From: Zygnema circumcarinatum SAG 698-1b | Taxonomy: Eukaryota > Plantae > Zygnematophyceae | DNA length: 64,000 nt | NCBI GenBank assembly: GCA_037447605.1 | Contig: CM074822.1 | Span: 1,635,492-1,699,491 of the forward strand | Direction of reading: 5' to 3' | Part shown: one piece after another, positions 11,942 through 23,093 of the stretch | Position numbering within the stretch: the first letter of the stretch is position 1 | Layout of the letters: each line of letters begins with the position of its first letter | The notes under the pieces: generated by a model | Database searches by the model: none | Seen by the model: the letters and a program-made list of their open reading frames with translations, nothing else | Told to the model about the DNA's origin: nothing | Translations under genes and position numbers: made by a program

Positions 11942-14203
11942 GTCATGAAGGCATTATGTTGACTTCTACTTCGTTTGGTAATGTTCAAAGCCGCCTGTTT
12001 GTCATTGCGGAGTTCACTTTACAAGTTTACTCTACAGGGACTTCGTTGAGGCTTGAGGGAACTTGGTCATATGAAAAGACTGTCATATGAAAGGACTTCG
12101 ACCATGGATGCCTCTAAAGAACAATCTCTTGCCCGTATATGAGAAGGCAGCCGAATATGTTGGTTCTACTCTAATATGTCGGAGCGTTGACCGATAGACC
12201 GACCGACCTACCGACCGTAGATAGCGACGAATGTTCTGAAAACCTTAAACGAGTAACCTTATAGGTGAGGGAGAGGAGGAGAGAGAGAGAGAGTGCGCAA
12301 GGGCGGGGGGTCGAGTGCCCCTGGATACGGTTAGTGCATGTTCATAGATAGGAAACTGGGTCTAGTTGGCTACGACTCTACGTTAACTCTTTAATCAGAA
12401 CTTTGTAAAGAAACGCTTATTATTGGTCCTAATCTTGATCTTTTTCTTAATCTGAACCCTCAGTGTAATCTTAGTCTTATTCTCAACCTTAGTCTTAAAA
12501 CGTAGTCTTAGTTATCTGCTGATCCCTTTCTCCTTGTTCTTCTTTGGGACTCGTCTTCTCTGCCGCAAGAAAAGGTTACGTCTAGCCGAGGTCAGGGCTC
12601 GAAAAGTTTTTTTTTTTCTTTTATCCTAAGGATGGGTCTCCATTGAGGGTAGTAAGGTATCATGTCAAGCGGAAGCCAATTATGGCTTGCCACGTTTGCA
12701 AACTTGATGACGTGGCACGTTTCGATTGCCCATCGACGTATCGCCCTATGTCCGTTGTCTTGAAGGGATTCTCTGCCTTTTTAGATTTTTGGCGGTCCTT
12801 GGCTTTAGGAAAGCGAAGCCGGCAATAAAGGTGCTGCAGGAAGGAAAACAGGAAGGAAACGTGGAGGGGTGACGGCTAATGCGCAACGTAGGAAGCTTGA
12901 GTTTTTAAGGTTTTTTACAGTTTGGGTTTTTAGAGTTTTTAGGGTTTTTTTAGTGTTAAGCCCCTTAGGTTCGAAGAATTCGATGGAGGGGAAAAGGAGG
13001 GAGGATGGCGCCAACCAGACGGATTTGGTTTGGACTTTGGAGAAGAAACGTATTGCTTCATTTCATTGCCGTTTTGAGCCCACTGTTCAAATGGAGGTCT
13101 TTGACTCCTTTTGACCGACTTAGTATCGAGAGGAGGGAGGGCGGGGAGGGGGAGCGGCAGACGAGGGGATGTTGAAGGGAGGGGGAAGGGGGAGGAGGAG
13201 ACGAGGGAATGTTGAGGTGATGGGGGAGAAGGGAGAGGGAGAGGGAGGGGATGTCGAGGGGAGAGGACGAAGTGAGGAGGAGAGGGAGTGGGGGGGGGGG
13301 TTGGTAGAGCTTGCAAGGGAGAGACGATGGGAGGTGGAGGGGGAGGGAGAGAGGGAGAGGAGGGGAAGGTGAGGGGAGGAAAACGAGTAAAGAGAGGAGG
13401 GGAGAGGGGAGGGGGAGGCACTCCACACTCGGATTTAGATCTTGGAAGGACGTATGGAAGCGACATGAGAGAAGATCGGGCACCAATTAGTGCTGACAAA
13501 TTTTCGACGAAGGGGCTCCAAATTTACTTTCAGATTTCGATAGCCGCTTCCTCGTATATTGCTAAAGGGCGAACCTGAGCCAAGCAATAATCTCCGTTTG
13601 AAAGTAGCAGCCACAGACTATACTGTACTAGCTGAACGAAAATTCAGAGATGCGGACTATTATTGCACTAAGATAAAAAAGTCCATAGACTTGGAACTTC
13701 CTAATAGACTTCTAGCAGTCTGGCACGGCGTTTCTAGCACATTCATAACTTAGAATCATGATTTAGAATGGGTCCGAACTCTGGGCACGAGGTGGCTCCC
13801 TCCAGAAACTGCTGACAGGACCAACCAGAGCAGCTCACACCCCTCAGTGTCCCCCAAAAAAGTCGTCATAGAGCTGCGCGGTAACAGTGAAGGTTGACAT
13901 GTGGCATGTGACCATATGTCAAACCAGAAACTTCTTTACAAATTTTACCAAACGAAAATAACTAATTAATAAAAAAGCACAAAATGCCATCAATCCTGGA
14001 CCTCCTCCTCCCCCTATCCCCCCGGCTCTGATTTCTCAGTCTATGAAAGCCTCTGAATAACCTGCACTCTTTGAGTCCCCGAAGAAGTGAGAAAAAAGAA
14101 ACTCAACATCACTCAGACTAGACATCACTCATCACTTACATCTCTCTGGCTCAACATCACTCACTAAGGCTCAACATCACCCATCAATTACATCACTCTA
14201 CCA

Positions 14204-16016
14204 TCACTCGCTTTCCTGACCGTTCTGAACAATCTCACGCTCAGGTTCCGATTCAGCTTCAGAATCCTGCAAATGGTCCGCCGGCCAAGCCAAGTACTTG
14301 CGCATAAGCTGACGCCGCCGTTGCAGGAAAAGCAGGAGATAGAATATGTTGTCTGTGGCCTCCACTTCAAATCCGGCACATCGGTAAAGCGTCTGCGGGA
14401 TGCTGTCACAAAGGCGGCAATGGAGGTATATGGCACCATAACCAAGGTCCTTACTTAGGCCTTCAGCGGCTCCCAGAAGGACGCTTGCGATTCCCCTCCT
14501 GAACGAACAAGTACAGGCAAAACACTGTCATCGAAACCTAGACTAGAAACCCTAAGAATCATGGAAGTTATGAAGATTATGAAGGTCATGAGCATCTTGG
14601 ACAAAAAGCAAAATGAGAAAATGCATAAGCACAACATTGCAGGGGCTATTATTGATTGTTGAGTTACGGCTTTCCAGGCTCCAAAGACAGTGGAAGAGTA
14701 CAACTTGAGTTCAGTCTGATTGTGAAGTTTACAAGCTGTCAAAAGGTGCACTTTACAGTGCAATGAGAAGGAAAAAGGGAAATGCGAGGTCCCGGAGAGA
14801 GAATAAAAGTAAAGAAGCAAGGTACCTGCGATACTTGTGCAGAACCGCCATATTGCATAAGTAAGCAGCTTCTTTAGGAGGGTTCAGAGTGGGAAATACT
14901 GGCCGAGCCTTTCCTCCGAATGAGAGTTCCACAGTGCCTGCGACTTGCCCTTGAGAAGATTCACTCGAATCATTCAACTGATTCTCATTTCTTTCGTAAA
15001 GTATTCCGATCAATGTGACGCCGTATGGCAACATAAGGAGGCGTTGTTGAAGGTAAACCTTCACCTGCACTGCTCCCTCCCTTCAACAGGCAACCTTTAC
15101 ATCAAAAAAAGATCACAGCATGTCACAGGCATCGGAAAGAAAGAAAAAATCACAGCATGTTGTTATATGGAAAAAAACAAAACTGGAACTGGCTTTAAGG
15201 TGGGAATCCGGGAGCCAGACTTTGCCAGCAAATGTACTTCTTCAACGAGGATTTCCCATTCTAAAGAAAACTCTCGACCCTCAAACCTTCCAGTTTGAAT
15301 GAAAAAACAGCTTCTTGAAAGGTAAGGGTTTTAAGGTTAAAGAGAGAGAGAGAGAAAGGGTAAACTGAATAGAAGCCTAAGTGTGAGTAGAGCACCTGCA
15401 AGCGAAGGAGGGGTCGAAACGTTAAGCCAAAAAGCTCAGCAAAGGAATCAGTCAGAAGATCGACTGTCTCCTCTAAGCTCTGCGCGGAAAGAGGCCGCAC
15501 TTCCAGCTCTCCATCTTTGCAGGGAACCCTAATTTCGAACCGCCTTAACCTCACAAGAGCGCGGGTCTCATCTGCAAGTGTTTGAAACTCTCCGAAACGG
15601 GTTTGCAGAAGCTTGGAACTTTCAAGTTCCTCATAACCTTGCGTCAATAATGCTGTTTCTTTTGGAGAAGGTTTCGGAGAGAGTGTGCCCTCAAAAGGCT
15701 CTTCTCCTTCAGAAGCAAGGTCAAGGTTGGTCAGCTCTTCCCCTACTCCTCTCGCAGGTGCGGTTTCTTCCAGACTTTCAGCATGAAATCTGATATGATA
15801 TGCATATTTCGAAGTATTTGTAAGCTTTCTGGAGCATATTTTCAGACGAACTGAGTGAGAGAAGCAGGCATTACGGCCTCCAGGAAACCGGGGCTTGATG
15901 GAAGATGCCCTTATAAAAGACGTTTCATATTTAGATGATGTTGTGAGAGAGGGAATAGGGGAGGAAGGAGAGGGAAGAGAGAGGAGAGAGGGAGAGCTGT
16001 GAGAGAGAGCCGCCAT
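14204..16016 (-). CDS. GNAT-family (acyl-CoA N-acyltransferase) protein, likely plastid-targeted; exons 16016-15396, 15064-14826, 14498-14204 (384 aa)
   Basis: Ser/Pro-rich transit-like N-terminus; VAGTVELS, AYLCNMAVLHKYRRRGIASVLLGAAE (acetyl-CoA-binding motif A), AIYLHCRLCD...LYRCAGFEV...QRRRQLMRK. Resembles plant plastid GNATs; 1155 nt in frame. Confidence 0.9.
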
Positions 16017-16501
16017 GGCTTCCCTCTCTCTCCCTCTGCCAAGAAAATGAGACCAGCAGCAGCAATCAAAGGAGGGCCTTTTATCCATACTGGTTCGCCA
16101 ACCAGTGAAACGTAGCCACGACAGCACAAATGTCCACGTGGCAAATTTCCATTTGAAAACGTTTTGTAATAACTTCACAGAAGAAGACACGCTGGCAGTA
16201 AGCTAGAAGCACGCTGAAGCTATTAGGACGAATCAGATATCTCCACGTGGCATATCTATGTCATGAGGAGGTTGCCGGCCGGCGAAGAGTGGAGGGGCGC
16301 CGGTTTGGAGGCCGCCGGCGATTTCGGTTCGAGCGCAACCATTGAATCCGATTTTGGCAACCATTGGCAATGGTTAGAACGCAACCATTGGCAATGGTTA
16401 ACGAGCAAGCAACGAATCCAACGGTTGGAAACCATTGGACATAGACAAAGGATGTGGCGTTGATCTCACTATGCATTGGAAATGCAAAGGATGTGGCATT
16501 C

Positions 16502-17235
16502 TGTTAGAGTTAGACCCTTCAGGAGATGTCCCCTCACTCGCCACTGTAGACATTTCACACTGAGAAGTATGCAAGGGAATAGAACACACACTGAGAAACC
16601 GTTGGAGAAAGCACTAAGCCTAAAACTCCATTAAGAATAAATGAGATGGTTACAAGTGATAAGTCTGGCACACAGCCTTACTCTATCATCTAAACCCTTC
16701 TCCACGACAGAAACACGCCTGAGCTAACCTAGCTCCTACCTCCTCCATACAGCCTACACAAGGCCTGTTGCACACAACAAAGGGAGAAGATACATCCTAA
16801 GCTAAGCACTAAACACTATAAATGCCTAAGCGCCAAAGGGAGCCGCAGCTCCTCATTCGGCCGCACTCCCACCGCTCCAATAAGTCTCCTCCATGTTTGC
16901 CGCTCCTTGCTCGCCTCGACGCCCGCCCTGGCCCTCGTCCTCTGCTTGCTGGCTGCTCGGCTGGCCATGTCCGCCGCCCGGTGAGCCCGGGAGCTCGTCC
17001 TCCTCTGCGCTGCCTCCTTGCAGTCTCTGCCTCCTGCCTCCATCCTCCAGCAGGCCTGTAACCCTAATTGCCACGTGGTAGTCCTAGATTGGCTGCCCCA
17101 ATTGGCGCAGCCAACCGGTGGCATCCCGTGCTACCCGCCAAACAATAAGCGTACTATTCATTTCACCTGACCGTACATTCGTACATATTGACCAAATCCC
17201 ATAATGTCGGCTGTACGGAGGTCCATACACCGACA
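16502..17235. mobile_element. Probable solo LTR (734 bp)
   Basis: Starts with TG (TGTTAGAG) at 16502 and ends with CA (CCGACA) at 17235. Flanked on both sides by the 5-bp direct repeat CATTC (16497-16501, 17236-17240). No coding capacity. Confidence 0.55.
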
Positions 17236-17875
17236 CATTCATCTTACGATGAATTGGAAATAGTTTGAATGTAACCATTGGCAATGGTTTGAGCGCCATA
17301 ATTGAATCCAATGGTTGGAACCGTTGGCAATGGTTGGCTGAGTCATGAGTCAATGGTTCTCTACCATTGCCAATGGTTGGTCCAGTGGTCCGCCTTTCGG
17401 CACAGCGCAAAAGTGACCGGCCGCGCCGGCCGGTTCCCTTTGGCCGGCAGTTCGCCCGCAAAACGAAAAACGCGCCCGCCCGGAACACGGACGGCCCAAT
17501 GTACGGCAGATCAGGACCGGTTTCGGCGGTTCTTGCCAACCGACAAGTGCCCATGTGGCAGACACGTGGCGACATTCGGTTCGTTCACGTGGTACCTGTC
17601 TTTGACCGTACATGGCTCATATGTGGCTCAAGCACGCTGGTGTGGAACTAGGCTCTTCGAGAAACGGAGGGAGAGGCAGAGGGCCAGGGAGAGGGAGGGA
17701 GAGGGAGAGGGAGAGGGAGAGGGAGAGAGGGGGCAGAGGGTGAGAGGGAAGCGGTTGCCGCTGGTGGTGGAGATTGTGAGGGAACGGAGAGAACGAGAGA
17801 GTGAGCGAGAAAGTGAGAGAGGGAGAGGGAGAGAAAAAGAGGTTGAGAGAGAGGGGAGTGGGAGAGAGAGAGGCC

Positions 17876-18961
17876 ATGGCAGACGATCTCTCTCAGGGTG
17901 ATGGCGCCATGCTCATTTCTATGCACACGCGTGATGGGGACCTCCATCGGCGCCCCCCCGCCACGCGGCGGTGGACTGTGCCCCCTCCCTCCATCTCTGT
18001 CGCCACTTTTCAGAGAGCGCTCATGCGGCGGCAGGCGGCTCTCAACGCCTCCTTGGTTAACCAAAATGCTAACCCTAACTTTGACCTTAACTCGAACCCA
18101 CATTCTAACCTTAGCCCTAATTCTAACCCTACCTTCCACTTAAACTCTAACCCTAATCCTGTTTCTCATTCTAATCTTAACCCTAATTCTAACCCTACCC
18201 CCCAATCAAACTCGAACCCTAATCCTAACCCTCGTCCTAACCTTAACCCTGATTCGAACCCTAACCCTAATTTCAACCCTAGTTCTAACCCTAACCACAA
18301 CTTTAACCTCAATTCTAACCTTAACTCTGACTTCGACCATAATTCTAACCCTAACCCTAACCTTATTCCTAGTTGTAGCCCTACCTCTAACCTTAACCCT
18401 GACAACCCTAACGACTCTATCGAATCTCGGCCGTTTCATGACCGTATTAGCCAGCACATTAACCATAACAATCATAGCCTTAATATCTCTGGAAACTTTC
18501 TAAGCAGTAGTGATACTGCCGACGCAGCTCTTGACTTGAGCCCCTCAGCAACTCCGCTTTCTCCAACAGCTGCCAACGCTCCGACTACGCCGCAGCCAGG
18601 GCACTCCTCCCGCAGCAGGACGACGGAAGGTGTGGGAGGGGAGCTGGAGAGGGAGGGGGAGAGGGAGAGAGAGAGGGAGAAGGAGAGGGAGAGGGAGAGG
18701 GAGAGGGAGAGGGAGAGGGAGAGGGAGAGGGAGAGGGAGAAGGAGAGGGAGAGAGAGGAGGAGAGGGAGAGGGAGAGGGAGAGGGAGAAGGAGAGGGAGA
18801 GGGAGAGAGAGGAGGAGAGGGAGAGAGGGAGAGGGAGAGGGGGAGGGAGAGGGACAGGGACAGGGACAGGGAGAGGGAGAGGGACAGGGAGGAGGAGAGG
18901 GAGAGGGAGAGGGAGAGCGAGGGGGAGGGGGAGAGGGAGAGGGAGAGGGACAGGGACAGGG

Positions 18962-18994
<33 letters not shown>

Positions 18995-20369
18995 AGGACA
19001 GGGACAGGGACAGGGAGAGGGAGACGGAGAGGGAAGGGGAAGGGGAGGGGGAGAGGGAGAGGGAGAGGGAGAGGGAGAGGGAGAGGGAGAGGGAGAGGGA
19101 GGAGGAGAGGGAGAGGGAGGAGGAGAGGGAGAGGGAGAGTCAGAGTCTCCCGGAGGGCCAGGAAGGACTGGGTAGTAGCGAGAAGGAGGGAGATAGAAGC
19201 GGGGGGAGAGAAGATACAGCGGAAGCATCTACTACAGAGGCGCAAGCCCCGTCAGCTGAGAAGGCAAAATTTGTGAGGCCCTTCTCTCTCTCTGCCTTTG
19301 GGTGTGGTAGCATTGGGATGAGGCTTCCTCTGAACTCTTCCATGGCATTTTGTGAACCCACATACAGCCCTTCCTCAGTACCAAATTAATGAAGCCAAGG
19401 CAGATGTAGGTGCATGTTACCCGCTTACCTTGTCCTGGATGGAGACAATGTGCGAAATAAGTTGTATCTTAGGATTGGCTGTACGATCTCAGAACAGTTC
19501 AACACGAATGAAAACACAACCAAGAAGAAAATATGTGCGCCATAGCTGACCTCATATTCCCCCCTTTTGATAATATTGATCAGTACGGACCTCCCTTTAC
19601 AGATTGCATACTGTCACTTTTTCCTTTTGTTAAATGTTATCCATATTGTGCATCGCAAAATCACATTACATATTCCATACTGGAGTTCCTTCCCAATTAG
19701 AGGAGGCTGATTAGATGATCGCTTTCCCTTGAGGGGAAGGAGATGCAGGGAGAAGCCAATACTGTGAAGGAAGCAGATACTGCTGCAGGAGATGATGTGA
19801 GCCGACCTGCAGTTATAGAAGGAGATCGCAAAGTTCAGATGGGTATGCTGGGAAAGCGGAAAGCAGAAGTTCAACGCCGGCTTGAAGAGCTACATGAGAG
19901 AAAACACCACCTTGTGCAGAAGCTAAAGAGGCTCATCAATGGTGAAGATGAGACTCACAAGCGGCCGCAACAGCAGCAGCCTCTCCCTCTCCCTCTCCCT
20001 CTCCCTCTCTCTCTCCGTCTCCCTCTCCCTGCCACTGCCTCTCTCCGCTCCCTCTCTGCGACAGGAGAACCCTCACCTATAGAGAAGCTTCCTGAAACCG
20101 AAAGTAGGGCACAATCTGCATCTGCTGCTGCAGCTTTAGAGGGTACGGAAAAGGAGGAAGGGGAGCTAGATTCAGACAGTGCTGAAAACAATGGTCCGGA
20201 GAATGTTTCCGTAATACCTCCTTCTGCAGACGAGCAAGTAGCCACTGTGCAGCTCTCAGTGGCAGCTTCCAGCGACCATACTTCTCCCGGACCGCACGTA
20301 AGATTATGCCATTTTCCATTCCCTTTTTTTCCCTCTCTTTTTCTCTCTCTCTCTCTCTCTCTTTCTCTT

Positions 20370-20401
<32 letters not shown>

Positions 20402-21257
20402 CCTTCGTTTGCCCTCCCCCTTCCCTGTTTTCTTTCTCCTTCCATCCCGCTCGCCCAGCCTCTCCCTTTCTCCCTCTTTCCCCGTCGCCCTCGGCTCCTT
20501 CTCTCCCTCCCTCTCTTTAGCTCCCTCTCTCTCCCCCCTTCCCCCTCCCCCTCCTCCCCTTCCCCCCCCCTCTCTCTCCCTCCCCTCCCCTCCCTTTCTC
20601 TTGCACTTGCGGGCTCTGAATTGCTTTGCCATAATGAAATAATGAATGCAGGGCGGAGAGCAGCCCTCCATTGGGAGGTCCGCAGGGAACAATTCATTTG
20701 TTGCAGGCAGCAGCCGGCAACCTCCTTTGTGGAATGGGAATTTCCGAAAACCTCATGGTTCACAATCCGGCGGAATTTCCTCAGTGCAACGAATGGTTCG
20801 TTCTTCTCACTTGACATTCAATTTCAGGATATCACGGATATCATGGGGTTTTCAGAAGGTTTCGTATTTTTCAAAACCCTAACTGCTCTCCGTTTGCTGC
20901 TGCTGTTCTATGCGACAGGGGCAGGGAGGACCCCTCAGCCACCAACTGCAGCAGCAGCAGCAGCAGGTGGGAGCTCCATGGTCTCCTTCTCCTCCTCCTC
21001 CTCCTCCTCCTCCTCCTTCTATCCATGGCGGCCATAGTCAAGGAGGAGGGAGCTTTCCAGGTTCAGGAGGAGGAGGGGGGCGAATGGCGAGTCCTCCCGC
21101 AGGGCTTCACAGCAGCGCAGGAGGAGGGCTGCTGCCCTTCCCGGGGACGAATGGGAGGCCGCCACCTGGCGGTCCAGGTGGCGCTTCCCCGGGAGGCCAC
21201 AATATGGGGGCGATGAATGGCGGGGGTCGCCCTCCTGGGGGCTTTCGAATGCGTTGA
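17876..21257 (+). CDS. Uncharacterised low-complexity coiled-coil protein with NP, ER and GR repeats and a Pro/Gly-rich C-terminus; about 4 exons (~17876-19270, ~19749-20297, ~20652-20790, 20918-21257)
   Basis: Long ORFs with non-repetitive segments (TRRWTVPPP...RRQAAL; LGKRKAEVQRRLEELHERKHHLVQKLKRLINGEDETHKR) resembling, from memory, a conserved plant protein of unknown function. GT-AG sites at 20298, 20651 and 20917. The exon 1-2 junction phase is unresolved. Confidence 0.6.
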
Positions 21258-23093
21258 CTTTGGTCGTTGACTTGGGTCGTTGACTTGGGTACTCAAAGAC
21301 AGACAGGAGCTTCAGCCATACATTCTGGAAAGCATCGTTTTTTAAATGGAGGAGAGAATGACCAAAACATGAGGCGATATTGACGAAAACGTAGTCAAGA
21401 GAATGACTCAATAGGACTACTTTTAACCAAGTTGGTTACGACTCGAATCGAAAGGGCTCTAGTGCCTTAGGCAGAGAGTTGCAACTTGCAACAACAAGCT
21501 GTTGTTGTTGTTGTTGCAAGTTGGTAGGTATGGAAGGGAACATTGAATGTTTCTAGATCGACGTGTAAATAGGGTTGTTATAGGACATTATGGTTTTTAT
21601 GATTAGATTGAGCAATGTAGGAAAGCATCCATCCGGTGCTGAAATGTGAATAGGTCGACGAGGCTGTGAATTTGTTCATTGAGATGTGCGCGAAATTTTT
21701 CCCTTTGTGCAATCTTACCACGCAGAAGACTGCCAACAACATTAAGAACTCCCTGTTTTCATGGTTCAAAATCGGGATTGGAACCATCGCTTGTGCAAGC
21801 TACTATTGGATGGCATGTTGCATGTGCCCACACGTTGTCCTAGGGCGGGAGGGGTTCTATGGACAGTTTCGCCGTCGTGTGCGACGCGTTTCCGAGTTCC
21901 ATCTGGTTTGCCGACGTGGCGCTTACTTGGCGCCAGCGTGGCTGCATCAACCTCGTTTGACCCAATAATATGTCGTCAGGTGGCAGTAGGAGATCTGTCT
22001 TGATTCCACAAGTCATTTTGCCACGTGTCTCGCGTCCTTCGACGCGCGGTAACCGTCGGTGACTGTGACCGCATGGCGTACACGTGGCGATCTTTCATTG
22101 GATATTTCCTCAGATAAAATTTAACCAGTTTTCTGAAACTGGACAGCATAGAACTCGACTGGACAAGCTCCTTTGACTGTTTTGGTCGGTCATGGGCCAA
22201 TGAGAACATGCCATGTGTACTTTCTTGTACACATGGCATGCTCCCATTGGATGTCTTTTCCCTTTAGAAAAAATGACTTCAGGAAAAAGCTGCTCCTTTC
22301 GCACTCTCTTGCACTTGCAGACATTTGGAAGACAGTGGACGCTCAGTGCAGGCGTCGATTTTAGGAGGTATTTGCAGCTGCAATGAGGCTCTGCTGCTTC
22401 AATATCTTGTTTGAGGATGAAGCTGAGAATAATATTTTTGCGGAGAGTCACTCTAAAGCTCTGCATAATGCATGGTTTTGGGATATGGGATGCTGACAGT
22501 TGTCAGACATTTTGTCGAATTGAGTGGGTTCAATGAATCCTTATGCTTTCCAGATGCTCAGATTTTTTTTAGGAAGGAATGATTGATGAGATTATGATGA
22601 TTCGTAAGCTCGGACTTGTATACTAAGTTTTCAATTGTTTTATTTTCAGTTGCATATTCCGTTCGTCTGTGAATTTTAACTGTAACTTGAGTTTCTGATA
22701 GTTCATATTTATAAATAGATATTCAATTTTTGAAACGAACACTCAGCGAACTCTCCTGAAGGCCTCGAACACTGCAACAGTGAATTACCTTTGTGACGGA
22801 AAGAAGTATAGGAAATGGACGGTCGTACGGAAGGAGGGAGCAAGAGAGAGCGAGGGGAGAGGGAGAGGAAGGAATAAGGAGAAAGAGAGAGAGAGGGGGA
22901 GAGAGAGAGGGAGGAAGAGAGAGAGAGATGGACGATTCTTATATACATTGTAACGACTCCAAAGTTATGCTAACCAAAGAGACATGAAGGGGAAAAATGG
23001 GGAAAAAAAACTACTGAAGAAACGTAGCTGAAACTAATATTTTTTGTTTCCTTTATGTGATTTTCCAGAGCCGCTGAATACTGTGAGTGAGCG

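Noticed and set aside
12150-13900. Possible small gene or TE fragment between the ARM and GNAT genes (GACC repeats, G-boxes, 60-95 aa ORFs, a CAG acceptor at ~13533)
   Set aside because: No frame-consistent spliced model or recognisable domain could be built.
21550-22480. Protein-like short reading frames between the coiled-coil gene and PARP1
   Set aside because: No family motif and no convincing start or splice chain.
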